Position numbers and translations under genes: made by a program. Positions 43,992 through 54,983 of a stretch of 64,000 nt of DNA are shown piece after piece. The stretch covers positions 1 through 64,000 of IMG/VR virus record IMGVR_UViG_3300025723_000019; one strand, 5' to 3'. Under the pieces are notes generated by a model, which saw only the letters and a program-made list of their open reading frames with translations, ran no database searches and was not told where the DNA came from. This DNA comes from an uncultured virus (IMG/VR IMGVR_UViG_3300025723_000019). Taxonomy: Duplodnaviria; Heunggongvirae; Uroviricota; Caudoviricetes. The first letter of the stretch is position 1. Each line of letters starts with the position of its first letter.

Positions 43992-45697
43992 TAGTACCCC
44001 ATCGTGAATTCTGCAATACGAGCAGCGTCTTCCTTGGTTCCAACCCTGCGCTCACGAGCGACCAGTTCGGCAGCATCGGTGATGTTCAGTGGGATGGTGA
44101 TTTGGTCAATGAAGTAGTTCACGGCTCCACCGTTTTCCGTGAACGCCGGGTCAAGAATCATCGTACCCTTCAAGTATTGGATGTCGGGGTGAAAACTTTC
44201 CACGGGGATAATTGTTGACCCAACCGGGCAGTGTTCAGTGACTTTGACGATATTGGTCGCCACGTTGGTGTAAATGATGATTTCTTGGCCCTTAGCGAGA
44301 GCCACATAGGTGGGATTGACTTTTAATTCCGAGATGGTGTAAACCCCAGTCTTCGCCGGGGGCTGCACGTCTGCGTAGTTGCCGTAGTCAGTGGTGATTG
44401 GCACAACGGTTGATGGAGTGAGGTCTGAGCCAGCAGGAAAGTCCGTGGTTAAGTCCGTGATGATTCCACCATCTTGATAAATGCCGACATTCTTGCGTCG
44501 CACCAGCACTACATCGCCAGTATCCAAAGCAGGATTGCAAATTCCTTCAATGGTGGTCGTTTCATCGCCACCGACAAACCAGTTGAGGTAGAGGTTGGCT
44601 GCTGCCTGCGTCTGCTTCTGTGAAATCAGTCGTTTACGGCCCGGTTCACGGCCAACCACCCGACCAAAGGGGCCGAGGTAATAGGTAGGTGAATTGGGGT
44701 CGGAATCGTATGCCAGCGCACGGTACGGCATACCGACAATGGAGTTTTCACCAGTGGCAATGACGTAGTTCACGGCTTTGGAACTGTCCAACTTCCGAGT
44801 GACCTTTGTTAACATTCCACCATCGCCATCAACATAACTCCACACCGGGGGTATTGACGCAGGGTCAGGCTGGGGCTGAACGCAGAAGCGACCTTCAACG
44901 TCAATGTAGAGAAGTCCGTTCACTCCGGCTGCGATTCCGGTGATATCTGTCCACGGTGAGCCAGCGCCAGTGACCGACATAGACACTGAACCCATAATCA
45001 AGGGTTGGTTCAACTCGGCATCTACGATTCCAGCAAACTCAAAGACCGGTGGGCCGAACACTCCGTAGGCGTAGGCAGGCCAACGGTTGTTGATGAGCAG
45101 TTTCACGGCTTCCAAATAGGTGTTGGCCACCAAGTTCTGCTCTTGGGTCGTGTATGGGGTGAAACCGGCAGCGTTCGTGTCCACAACAGGGGGCGTGTAT
45201 GGCGTTTTCCAAACCGTGACTGGTGATGTCCACGAGTTCTGCTTAATGTTCAGGGCCATATCGGAGCCGTTGACCGTGATGGTCACGTTGCCGTCGTTGT
45301 CTTCTTCAATGCTGGTATCCGTAATGCGGAACACGCCAATTGGAACCAACTCGTAAGCCTTGTTCTCGGGGCGCAGCAAGTCTGGGCCGAGGGGCGGCTT
45401 TGCGTCAATGATTTCAGTACCAACGTTGGCCAAGTCCCATACAACGCCTCGGTATGCGTAGAGGTGATTCCCGTAGATGGAGAGTGCGTCGGTTGACTTC
45501 TTTGGAACGTACAACGGGTCGTTGATGGTCAAGTTGATGGTGCGTCGAACGTCGGCACTGGTCTGGTCAATTTTCACCGAACCGTCTACAACGGGCAGCG
45601 TGTACCAAGTCCCGTCAATGGACAGGGCTTTTACGATAATCATTACCCGATGAGGGCTTTTGATGGCCTCAAAGAATTCAGGGCTGGCTGGGTACAT
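43991..45697 (-). CDS. minor tail (baseplate hub-like) protein
   Basis: GSVKID..VRRT, LVPIGVF.I, DPNSPTYY.GPFG, NPALDTGD. Confidence 0.75.
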   Translation of the reverse strand: MYPASPEFFEAIKSPHRVMIIVKALSIDGTWYTLPVVDGSVKIDQTSADVRRTINLTINDPLYVPKKSTDALSIYGNHLYAYRGVVWDLANVGTEIIDAKPPLGPDLLRPENKAYELVPIGVFRITDTSIEEDNDGNVTITVNGSDMALNIKQNSWTSPVTVWKTPYTPPVVDTNAAGFTPYTTQEQNLVANTYLEAVKLLINNRWPAYAYGVFGPPVFEFAGIVDAELNQPLIMGSVSMSVTGAGSPWTDITGIAAGVNGLLYIDVEGRFCVQPQPDPASIPPVWSYVDGDGGMLTKVTRKLDSSKAVNYVIATGENSIVGMPYRALAYDSDPNSPTYYLGPFGRVVGREPGRKRLISQKQTQAAANLYLNWFVGGDETTTIEGICNPALDTGDVVLVRRKNVGIYQDGGIITDLTTDFPAGSDLTPSTVVPITTDYGNYADVQPPAKTGVYTISELKVNPTYVALAKGQEIIIYTNVATNIVKVTEHCPVGSTIIPVESFHPDIQYLKGTMILDPAFTENGGAVNYFIDQITIPLNITDAAELVARERRVGTKEDAARIAEFTMGY

Positions 45698-45699
45698 AA

Positions 45700-48600
45700 C
45701 TAACTCAGATTACTGCCGTAGGTGAAACCGTATCCGGGGGGAGCAGCCTCAACGTAGTTGATTTCCACCTCAAACCACGGGCTTTGAGCAGCGTTATAGG
45801 TCGTTTGCACATCATCGCTGATGAAGATGTAAGTGCGACTACTCTCCACCGGATTGGTCAGGATGAGGATGTTTCCTGAGTTGAGCAACTTCAAGAAGTT
45901 AGGCCAGTTGTCCAAATCTTCCCAGATGACCTTGATGTCAGCGTCTCGCCCTTGGGTCACGCCAGAGATGGTGAAAGGCCGTGCAGAGCCGAGAGGATAG
46001 AAGATACCTGAGGGGTGTTTCGTTTTGTCCGTGTACTGGTTTTGCACCAAGATGGGGAATCGGTTGGTCGGGTTGGAACTGTCGGCAATCCACCACGTCG
46101 AAGTAGTCATCGTGTTCTCAGGGGCGATTGGTGCTGATTTCGGCCCACGCTTCGTGACTGTGCCAGCCTTGCTGACGAACTTTGGAATGGCTTGGTACAG
46201 CGTCGCTTGTCCGGGGACTGCCTCGTAGTCGGTGATGGTTGCCCAACCGGTTCCAGTTGCCTTGACGTTGTTTCCGTTGCGAATCGGTGTCCACGTCGCT
46301 CCGCCGTCAACGGACTTTTGAACAAGGTACTCGTAAGTGTCGTTGGGCTGATTGACGAATCCGTCACTGTTCCAGTTGAAGATGGCCACGCCTTGGCTGG
46401 CAGTGGCTCCTGCAACGTGGGTGTAGTTAACCGTTCCAGCAAGTCCAATCGTCACGACGTACACTCGTGCGCCGAGGGAGTGGTTTCTAGCAAAACCGTT
46501 TGCCGTGCTGTAGCCATTGCCCGTGTTGGTTTGTACGGCCACGTTGGTGGAACCATCCCAACTGGGGTCAACAATGACATTTTCGTAGGTGTTGGCGTTT
46601 CCGTAGTCAACGTAGAGCGTGGTGCCGACTGCAATACCCTTTGTACTGGCGAGAGGCAAGTAGGTGATTCCACCAACGGGAACTCCAACGGTCACTGCTG
46701 CCGTAAGGGTCGTGAACAACTCGTTGTCCGAGCCACCCTGCTGAATTTCGTACACGCCGGAAGTGTTGTAGGGGTCGAAGACGTACAGGCTGTCGTACCC
46801 ACCAAGAGATGCGTAGGATTCGGAAGAAGATTGGGGCAGTGAAATCGCGTTGGCAACCTGCGTGTTGTCGTTGCTGCTCGTTCCCTGTGGGTAAAGGCTC
46901 GTCTCCAAGCGCATCAGTTGGCTGGAAGTGCCAATCTGCGAGGTGATATTCACGATGTTGTGGTTGAGGTCGAACGCCGGAAGGTTGATTGCCTTGAACA
47001 TCAAGCCGGAAAGACCGTAGGCATCCACCGAAGATACGTTCTTCCATTGGAAGCGAGGCACTGCGTAGGCTGCGTTGGTGGGGGCGACGAATGAATAGGC
47101 GACTGGAACCCATCCCGAACCCCATTGACCAGTGCTGCTGGAAAGGACGGCTTGGTAGGCAGGGTTGCTGCTGTTCTCCGTTCCAATCCAGTTCCCACTG
47201 GCATCGTAGATGTCAACGAACACGCTCATCGTGGGGATTCCACCACTCGTGCGTGGAGTGGTCATCAGGCGAGTGAAGCCAACGATTCCATAGGTGAGGC
47301 CAGCGATGATTGGAATGGAATTGGTTGGGGTGAACTTACCGGTGTAGTTTGACCCAGATGTGTGGAGCAGGCCGATTTCAGCAATGTCCGTTCCAGTCCC
47401 AGACCCACCGTTTGGAACGATAGTGAAGGTGTGGTCAGAGTACAGAGCCGGGTAGTTAATCTTGACTGCTGTTCCGAAGGGAAACGAAGAATGAGCAACA
47501 AACGGCTTGGTTTTGATGACCGTGGAGCCTGCTGGAATCTTGAAGTTGGCAGCCCCGTTAAACGTCACTGGGATTTGCACCACAGGTTTAATTGGGTTGT
47601 ACGGAGCCGTTGCGCTGACGCTTTGGAACTGTACGACACCGGTTGCCGAAAGACCCACCACTGAGTAGGTGGAACCGACTGCATTAACAACCGTTGCCGG
47701 GGAGATACCGGCACCGGTGACTGCATCGCCAACCGGCGAGGTGGAACCGAACGGGTTGGTGGACAATTGGATGGCGTTGAATGTCGGATACGCCAACAAC
47801 CCGATGCTGGAACCGGTAGCAACGTTGGTTGGGTTGGAAAGCGTGACACTGCTGCCACTGATGTTGGTGATGTACGAGTTGGACTGGATGCCGTAGCCGG
47901 ATACGAGTTGTCCAACTGCGAGGCCAGCAGTACTGGCTGCTGTAATCGTGTTGCCGTAGATACTCCACGTCGCCGTGAGGTTTGCGACGCTCGCTCCGGT
48001 TGTTAGTGGTGTAAACGTCGTTCCGACGAGCGTTCCAACCGTTCCTGTAGCCGAGAATGACGGAACAGTGAAATCCGAAATGACCTTTTGCTCCAACGGT
48101 ACGAGTTTGGTGTGTCCGGGGCCACCGACTTTGTTGGTGTACTTGTAGCCGTAGACGTTTACAGCACTGGTTCCTGCGTAGTACGTCGTGACCGAAAGGT
48201 CAAGAGTGTCGCCAATCGAAACGCCGATACCGGTATAGGGAGCCTGCTTGCCGTAAGGCTTGGTGAATGTCACAACCTTTTCGGTGTAGAGGCTCGGAGC
48301 GACATAGGTGATGACTGCTCCCCTTGGTAGGAACCCAAGGGTTATATCCTTAGCCTTGACGTTGCTTCCAAAACCGTTGGTGATTCCAGCAACGTGCATC
48401 CCACTGTCGCCAATTCGATACGGCGCGGTGAGGGTCACGGTGTTGATGGCGTTGTAGTGTGTCCAGTCTATCTTCCCACCTTGAAAGACATTGACACCAA
48501 TAATTTGTCCATTACTAATGTTGAGAACTGTCCCTGCCGGAAGCGAAAGAAGCGGGTACCCACCCTTGGGGGTCACTGGGATGTATAGACCGTTGCCCTT

Positions 48601-51600
48601 GGGGAATTGGGTATCAGTGCTGACAACTGCAAGGGTCGTGGTTCGTGATGGGATGGTGGAAACAGCCTTGACCGACTGAATGACTGCTGGCTCCAGTTTG
48701 GAAACGTTGTAGTTGATTGCGTTGCCGATGAGGGAGCCGAGAACTCTCTTGACCGTCTGCGACGCTTGCGCTGTTGTCCAACCCATACTTTCTTTGTGGT
48801 TGATGTAGACGGTTCTACCTGCCCACCCGTTAGAGAGAACGTTGCCGGGGTCAACGACGTGGACTTGGTTGCCTTGACCGTTGCTGATGATTTGGAATCC
48901 GGTGGTGTTCGTGCTTGACCATCCGGGCGTTCCGGGGATGGTGCGAACGAGAATTTTTTGCTTGTCCACCCACTTCTGTTCAATAACTTCAGTGAAATGC
49001 AGTTGCAGTTCGGAATCAACGAAGATTGGCTCCTGCAATCCAAAAGTCACCGTTGCGCCTGCTGCGTGTGCGCTTTGAGTGCTTGGAACCCCAGCGACGG
49101 TGTAGTTGCGCTGCTGGATGACAAAAGTGTCGCCGGAGTTGTTGCCGTCAACCTTGTTGGTCACGAGGATGTTTTCACCACCGATAGTGACCCAAAACTC
49201 ACCGGAAACTGGGAAGCCCAGTGCGTCAGTGTTCTTTGGATAAGTGCTGGAAACCTTGAACGTACCCTTGCCAGACGAAGCAATAGTTGAGCCGGAAGCG
49301 ATATAGCCAATTGCTCCGACGTTCAGTGAGGTGTAAACCGTTCCTGCCGTTAGTGGGGTGCGAAGGGCGATACCGGTAGATGCGACTTCCAGCGAAGTGC
49401 CAACGGTGTCGTTTTGTCCTCGTGTCCAGCCACCGAGCGAGTTGGTGAAACTGCCGTTGTCTGGGCCAAGCAGGTTGTCCGTGCTTTGAATGGTGATGGT
49501 GTTGACAGCGTTGTCATCGTCGGCGTACACGGCAACCATCGGTGCCTGCGGAGCGTTGATAATGACCGTAAATGGGCAAGAGTTCCACGCACCCCACCAG
49601 TCCTTTTGGTGGAATGTCTTGGAAACCTTGACATAAGCGTAGTACTTCTGGCCGTTGACGAAGCCACTGTCGGTGTCGAACGTCACAGAGGTGGAAGCGT
49701 TGTAAGCCGACTTCTGCCAGACAGGGGTTGTCGTGTCGGGGCTGAAGTTTGGCAGATAGACGGAAGCCTGACTGAAGATTTTCACTGACCAACCGGTTTG
49801 TTGGTCGTTGTCAAGGTCGCTGTATGTCCAGTTGACCGAGGTGACAGCATCCTCGTTGATGACGCAGTTGTCCGATGGTGAAATGTAGATGCTCTCGGCC
49901 AGTGGCTCCGACTTGTACTGGGCGATGAGGCCGAGGCTTCGGTAGGCCACCGTTTGGTTTTGGGGAACTTGAACAGAGATGTTCAGCAGAATGTTGTTAA
50001 GGGCATCGCCAGTCCACTCGTCGCCGTTCGGGTCTTTGGAACGGTTTCCACCAAAGTAGGCAGTGAAGGCCGTCGAAAGCGTGTTGGCGAATACGTCAGG
50101 TGGCGTGTTTGCCCCAGTGTTTGGGTCAATGAGCGTGACGTTGGTTGTGTCTTTTCCACCAAAGGAGCCAAGAATGGACAGAAGGACCTGAACTGCGTTC
50201 ACCCTCGTCGTGCGCCACTGGCTGCCATCCCACGTTTGGAAGATGCCCAAGTCTGGCCGGTAGGTCACATCATTGACGTGGAAGTTGGTCGGGTAAGCGT
50301 AGTAAAAGACTTCAGCACCAAAGTCGTGGTCGTAGGCCAGAGACAGAGCCAAGTTGACATCCCAAGCGTTTGGGTTGATGGCGTTCGGGACTGGCACTGA
50401 AATTGGGTACACGACCTCTTGCAACGGGTCGGCATCCAGCGTCACGGGCGATGGTGACAAGAACTGCGTCGGGTAGACGTTGAAGTACTGGCTCGTCGCC
50501 CCGGTTGCTGCCGTGACTGAAGGAGTGGTCAGGTAGACCGTAGAGCCACTGATTTCAGCAATGAACGCAGGCTGGGTCGTAGAAAGCCCGTCTTGGCTGG
50601 TGAAGACTTGTTGGCCTACCGAAAGCCCTGCCGTGCTGCTTACCGAGGTGATGGCGTTGGAGCCGTTGGTCACCGAACCCGTGAAGTCCACTTCGGTAGT
50701 CGTGGTATCGAAGGCGTAAGGTGAGATGAATGGCAGAACCGGGATGGTGAAAGCGTTCTGAGGCGTGTATTCCTTAACCGTGATTCCAAAAGATGGGTTG
50801 CCAAGGCTACCAATGGCACCGGGGCAGTTGAGGAAGATGGTTTGGTTCGGCTGCAAGGGAGATGCAAGGCCAACGGACACAATCGAACCGTAAGTGGTGA
50901 AAACTCCACTGCTCCCCGACGAAGCCGGAAAAGGAAAGTGTGGCGTGTACGAGTTGATGGAAACACCAGTCGCACCGGCATTTGCCGTTGCTGAAGTGAC
51001 GAACGAATCGTAAAAGATGCCGTTGTTGATGTAGAGCGTCGTGCCGGAAGGCACGGTCACAGGCAACGGGGTGGTGGAAAGTGACGTGACCGTTGCACCG
51101 AGGTTCAGGGCCGTAGTCAGGTAGAACGATGGTACTTCAAGGGTGTGATACTGAGTGTCTGTCGGGAAACTGTCCAGCAGAACAGGCGTGAGGTCGGCGT
51201 AGGAGAGCGTCGTTGACGAGGTGTAAAACTGCAAGTTCTCCGTTGCACCGTTGGTGGCAGGATTGGAAATCGTGATGCTGGTCGTAGAAACACTGACAAC
51301 CGTGGTTCCAGCAGGGATGTAGCCAAGCGTGTCCGTAATGACCTGTCCGGGTGCAACGTTGGTGATTGCTGCTGCGCCAAGCCAGACCGAGGTGCTGCCA
51401 GTAGCGACCATTCCTTGGACTTGGAAGTTGGAGAGTTGCAGAGTGGCGAGGTTCAGTGCGCTGTTGTAGTACACCGAGCCAATTTCAAGGGTTTCAGTAC
51501 CCGAAAGCCCAGAGATGTTGATGAAGAACGGCGTGGTCTGAGGGACTTCGGCTTTTGGAATGATGGTGAGGGATGTTGCATTGGCAGCGAGACTGCCCAC

Positions 51601-54600
51601 CAGAGTTCCAACAGTCGAGGGCTGGATGGTGATTCCGTTTTGGAAAACCGTCTGCACGGTTTGTGGAAATCCAGCGTTGTCGGCCACCGTGATGGTGGTG
51701 TCTCCAGCCGAGGCCGTCGCAGCGAGGCTCGTGCTGATGTTGGGGAAGCCACCAACGCCAGAATCCAACCACGGGTTTGTCAGGTTGAAGTTCGCAGCAG
51801 CGTTGATGATGAGTTCGCTCGTCGGGTTCGTGGCGATGAGAGCGTTCGTCTGGGCGTAATCGGTTCCACCACTAATGGAGTAGACCGTTCCAACGTTGGG
51901 GTCACCTAAGAACGGAGTTTGCTGAGCGTGGGAAATCGTGCTTCCACCAACCGAGTAGACCACGTTCGGCGTGACAACGATGTCACCAGCGTCGTGGTCA
52001 AATTGGAACGTCTGACCGTCTGCCAGTGTCCAAAGCATTGGGCTGTTGATGTTGCCGGAGCCGTCAAGGGTTTCACCGGGCGTAAAGGGAAGGCCAATTG
52101 GGTTCGACCCAGTGGAGCCGAGAGAAGTTGAGTTGCTTGGTGAAATAACTGCCACCATTTCCTGCGTGGAGCCTTGACCCACGACGAGGGTGTAGATGGC
52201 ATTGGAAGTCGCAGTGAGGCTTGTCGCGCTTGCTGATGTTGTCGCAGCATTGGAAACCGTGACAGTCCCCTTACCGACGGTTACGATTTCAGTACCACTT
52301 GGGAAGTGGGCCGTGCTTGCAATGTCAACAGTTTGTCCAACCGAAAGTCCAAATGAGTACTGGGAAGCAACGCCAGTGATGACCGTACTTCCGGTGGTGA
52401 TGTTGCCAACGAAGTTGTTGGTCACACCGTTGTTGATGAGGGGGACAAACCCACCGTAGGTATAGTTCTGGTACTGGTTGATTCCAAATGTCGTGGTGCC
52501 GGGAACGGTGTTTGGGTTTGGATTCACGGCGAATGTCGTGGAGCCAGCAGCGACTGGTTGGTAAAGGGTTCCACCAACCGTTGAGCCAATCGTTGTTGGA
52601 ACAATCTGCTCCAAGTCTCCAACTGATGATGAGCCGATGTACCGAGGCCCATCTTGGTACGCCAAGACGTAAGTGCCGGTCTGGTGGAATCCAGTAATGA
52701 ATGTGCCGTCGAAGCCAATGGCACCGGTACCAGAAGTGGTACCAGTCACCGTGTCAAACACAGCCCCGGAGAGCAAGTAATCGTCGTAGTTCCAAATGTC
52801 GTTTGGTGAAGACCCGTTGGAGTAGTTGACCGTGTTGTAGGTCGCAGCCCCAGCAGCCGTGCCACTAACGATGATTTCAGTGGATGACGGAACAGACGTG
52901 ATTGTCAAGTTTCCAAAACTGCCGAATGTGATTTTTTGTCCGACGTAGAAGTTGGTGGTGGTATCTACATAGATTGCGCTACTAGACCCAGTGACTGCTG
53001 CGCTTTGGAAGTTGGCCAACGGGGTGCCAATGATGTTGGTCAGCGTGACCGGCAGGTAGAAATCGCAGCCGTAGTGCGAGCCACCGACACCGGCAGTTGG
53101 TGTCTCGCCGGGCGGGATTGAACCTCCACCAGTGTTCGTCAAGTACGGAGCGAAGTAAGGAACGCCGAAATCAAAGACGTAAGTGTTGTCGTTGTTGTTG
53201 AGGACGATGGTGTTTCCAGCAGGGAACGAAGTGCCGTAAATCATTCCCGAACACGATGTCGTGGCAATGCTTGTGGTGCCGTTCAGGTTTGCAGTCAAGT
53301 TTGCTGAAATCGTCAGCGTGTTGCCAGAGATGGCCGTGATGTACGAATTGCTGGGGATGCCAGTGCCACTAATGGACTGACCAACAGCCAACATTCCATT
53401 GCCGAGGATGTAGAGAGAACTTGTGATGGTGATTGTGTTGGTGCCGGAAGTGCCGGAAGCGATGAACGACACGACATTGCTCGGAGCAGAGACGTAGCCG
53501 AGGGTCGCAGTTGTGCCAGCCGAAGTGGAACCGTAGTGAGTGGCAATAGGAATCGTGCTGCCCACGGCGATGGAGAATGGGCCACTGTTAGAGAACAATC
53601 CAGTTGAAACGCCAGATGCGTAGGTGGAACCCCCGGCAAGAACCGTTCCGTATCCGTAGCCAGCAGTGGAGCCAGACGAAGTAGCAATTGCTGAAATCGT
53701 CAAAGTTGTACTGCTGATGGCAGAAGTTGTCAAAATCAGTTGGTTCCAAGTTCCGGGGATGGGCTGCCCGTAGTTGGTGCTGCGGTCACAGACGAGGAAG
53801 TACGAGTTGGTGGCACCTTTGGAAATTGTCAAAGTCACGCCAGTCGTAGCAATCGTTGCCCCTGCTGAAATCGTGAACGAACTGGCCCCCACGGAAACAA
53901 CCGTCGCACCGGAAGGAATCCCTGTTCCAGCAACAATCATTCCGGGGAGAACGCCGGTGTGGTCTTCTGTGGTTGGGTTGAAAGTGACCGTTGCACTAGA
54001 GCCACCAGTGGTAGTCGTAGCGAGAATGGTGAATGAGTTCATCCCCGTGACTTGGCCAACGTACCAACCGGTGGTGCTTTGGTTCTGGTACGACGCTGGC
54101 GAAAGGATGGTGTTCGTTCCAATGTCAACGAACGAAAGGTACTGACCGGTAGTAAATCCGTTTACCGAGGGGTCAACGACGCAGTTGACGATGCTCCGGC
54201 TAGAGCCGACCAGAATTGAGTTGATGGCCGTACCCGTTGCAGTGAAATCCGAGGCAAACTCGCTAATGAAGTTTGCCATCGCCTGAGGGTCAGAAGATGC
54301 TGAGATGAAGAAGTACGGGGATGTCGCTGCTGCTGAAGCCGGGGTCAGCCAGTACGAAGTCGCACCACTGAACCTCGTGCTGAACGAACTAATCGGGGTG
54401 AGGAATCCGGCTGCACCGAACGCATTGCCGTTGGTCATCAAGTAGGCGCAGTAGGAAGAAGTCAGGCTCCCACTTTGGAACGATTGGTAGTTCTGGTTGT
54501 TCGCAACTGCTGGAATCTGTCCAACTGCACGAGCCGTCATCCACTCGCTCGTAAAGGCATCGGTGGACATTGAGCCAGCCGTGTATGGTGAAGCGTCGGT

Positions 54601-54945
54601 CTGCAAACCTTCCAAAATTGCTATACGCAGGCCAGTGCTGATTCCTGCCACGCTGTTGACGTAAGCGAACGAATCGCCCCTGTCGAAGAACGGTGACGGG
54701 TTCGTGTTCCCATATTGCCCGCCGGTTGTGACAGACAGCGAAGTTCCAGCAACTCCCAACTTAGAGACGTCTTGGACTTGGGCAGCACGGTAGTAGCCGT
54801 TATCCATCACGGTACCAACGGCGAGTTGGGTAATGTCGGCTACGGCCTCATCGGGTGAAAGCGTCTGCGCCCCCGGAACCACAACAGTCCAGTAGGGCGA
54901 GCCAGCAGCGTCTGAGTAGTTTGGGTTGGCAACGTAGTTATTCAT
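45700..54945 (-). CDS. giant tail/adhesin-like virion protein (3081 aa)
   Basis: uninterrupted ORF after tape measure; repeated beta modules; C-terminal DYEAVPG distal-tail-like region; GGGAGGG RBS. Confidence 0.85.
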   Translation of the reverse strand: MNNYVANPNYSDAAGSPYWTVVVPGAQTLSPDEAVADITQLAVGTVMDNGYYRAAQVQDVSKLGVAGTSLSVTTGGQYGNTNPSPFFDRGDSFAYVNSVAGISTGLRIAILEGLQTDASPYTAGSMSTDAFTSEWMTARAVGQIPAVANNQNYQSFQSGSLTSSYCAYLMTNGNAFGAAGFLTPISSFSTRFSGATSYWLTPASAAATSPYFFISASSDPQAMANFISEFASDFTATGTAINSILVGSSRSIVNCVVDPSVNGFTTGQYLSFVDIGTNTILSPASYQNQSTTGWYVGQVTGMNSFTILATTTTGGSSATVTFNPTTEDHTGVLPGMIVAGTGIPSGATVVSVGASSFTISAGATIATTGVTLTISKGATNSYFLVCDRSTNYGQPIPGTWNQLILTTSAISSTTLTISAIATSSGSTAGYGYGTVLAGGSTYASGVSTGLFSNSGPFSIAVGSTIPIATHYGSTSAGTTATLGYVSAPSNVVSFIASGTSGTNTITITSSLYILGNGMLAVGQSISGTGIPSNSYITAISGNTLTISANLTANLNGTTSIATTSCSGMIYGTSFPAGNTIVLNNNDNTYVFDFGVPYFAPYLTNTGGGSIPPGETPTAGVGGSHYGCDFYLPVTLTNIIGTPLANFQSAAVTGSSSAIYVDTTTNFYVGQKITFGSFGNLTITSVPSSTEIIVSGTAAGAATYNTVNYSNGSSPNDIWNYDDYLLSGAVFDTVTGTTSGTGAIGFDGTFITGFHQTGTYVLAYQDGPRYIGSSSVGDLEQIVPTTIGSTVGGTLYQPVAAGSTTFAVNPNPNTVPGTTTFGINQYQNYTYGGFVPLINNGVTNNFVGNITTGSTVITGVASQYSFGLSVGQTVDIASTAHFPSGTEIVTVGKGTVTVSNAATTSASATSLTATSNAIYTLVVGQGSTQEMVAVISPSNSTSLGSTGSNPIGLPFTPGETLDGSGNINSPMLWTLADGQTFQFDHDAGDIVVTPNVVYSVGGSTISHAQQTPFLGDPNVGTVYSISGGTDYAQTNALIATNPTSELIINAAANFNLTNPWLDSGVGGFPNISTSLAATASAGDTTITVADNAGFPQTVQTVFQNGITIQPSTVGTLVGSLAANATSLTIIPKAEVPQTTPFFINISGLSGTETLEIGSVYYNSALNLATLQLSNFQVQGMVATGSTSVWLGAAAITNVAPGQVITDTLGYIPAGTTVVSVSTTSITISNPATNGATENLQFYTSSTTLSYADLTPVLLDSFPTDTQYHTLEVPSFYLTTALNLGATVTSLSTTPLPVTVPSGTTLYINNGIFYDSFVTSATANAGATGVSINSYTPHFPFPASSGSSGVFTTYGSIVSVGLASPLQPNQTIFLNCPGAIGSLGNPSFGITVKEYTPQNAFTIPVLPFISPYAFDTTTTEVDFTGSVTNGSNAITSVSSTAGLSVGQQVFTSQDGLSTTQPAFIAEISGSTVYLTTPSVTAATGATSQYFNVYPTQFLSPSPVTLDADPLQEVVYPISVPVPNAINPNAWDVNLALSLAYDHDFGAEVFYYAYPTNFHVNDVTYRPDLGIFQTWDGSQWRTTRVNAVQVLLSILGSFGGKDTTNVTLIDPNTGANTPPDVFANTLSTAFTAYFGGNRSKDPNGDEWTGDALNNILLNISVQVPQNQTVAYRSLGLIAQYKSEPLAESIYISPSDNCVINEDAVTSVNWTYSDLDNDQQTGWSVKIFSQASVYLPNFSPDTTTPVWQKSAYNASTSVTFDTDSGFVNGQKYYAYVKVSKTFHQKDWWGAWNSCPFTVIINAPQAPMVAVYADDDNAVNTITIQSTDNLLGPDNGSFTNSLGGWTRGQNDTVGTSLEVASTGIALRTPLTAGTVYTSLNVGAIGYIASGSTIASSGKGTFKVSSTYPKNTDALGFPVSGEFWVTIGGENILVTNKVDGNNSGDTFVIQQRNYTVAGVPSTQSAHAAGATVTFGLQEPIFVDSELQLHFTEVIEQKWVDKQKILVRTIPGTPGWSSTNTTGFQIISNGQGNQVHVVDPGNVLSNGWAGRTVYINHKESMGWTTAQASQTVKRVLGSLIGNAINYNVSKLEPAVIQSVKAVSTIPSRTTTLAVVSTDTQFPKGNGLYIPVTPKGGYPLLSLPAGTVLNISNGQIIGVNVFQGGKIDWTHYNAINTVTLTAPYRIGDSGMHVAGITNGFGSNVKAKDITLGFLPRGAVITYVAPSLYTEKVVTFTKPYGKQAPYTGIGVSIGDTLDLSVTTYYAGTSAVNVYGYKYTNKVGGPGHTKLVPLEQKVISDFTVPSFSATGTVGTLVGTTFTPLTTGASVANLTATWSIYGNTITAASTAGLAVGQLVSGYGIQSNSYITNISGSSVTLSNPTNVATGSSIGLLAYPTFNAIQLSTNPFGSTSPVGDAVTGAGISPATVVNAVGSTYSVVGLSATGVVQFQSVSATAPYNPIKPVVQIPVTFNGAANFKIPAGSTVIKTKPFVAHSSFPFGTAVKINYPALYSDHTFTIVPNGGSGTGTDIAEIGLLHTSGSNYTGKFTPTNSIPIIAGLTYGIVGFTRLMTTPRTSGGIPTMSVFVDIYDASGNWIGTENSSNPAYQAVLSSSTGQWGSGWVPVAYSFVAPTNAAYAVPRFQWKNVSSVDAYGLSGLMFKAINLPAFDLNHNIVNITSQIGTSSQLMRLETSLYPQGTSSNDNTQVANAISLPQSSSESYASLGGYDSLYVFDPYNTSGVYEIQQGGSDNELFTTLTAAVTVGVPVGGITYLPLASTKGIAVGTTLYVDYGNANTYENVIVDPSWDGSTNVAVQTNTGNGYSTANGFARNHSLGARVYVVTIGLAGTVNYTHVAGATASQGVAIFNWNSDGFVNQPNDTYEYLVQKSVDGGATWTPIRNGNNVKATGTGWATITDYEAVPGQATLYQAIPKFVSKAGTVTKRGPKSAPIAPENTMTTSTWWIADSSNPTNRFPILVQNQYTDKTKHPSGIFYPLGSARPFTISGVTQGRDADIKVIWEDLDNWPNFLKLLNSGNILILTNPVESSRTYIFISDDVQTTYNAAQSPWFEVEINYVEAAPPGYGFTYGSNLS

Positions 54946-54983
54946 AGCCCTCCCGAATACTCTACCCTATTTCACTGAATATG

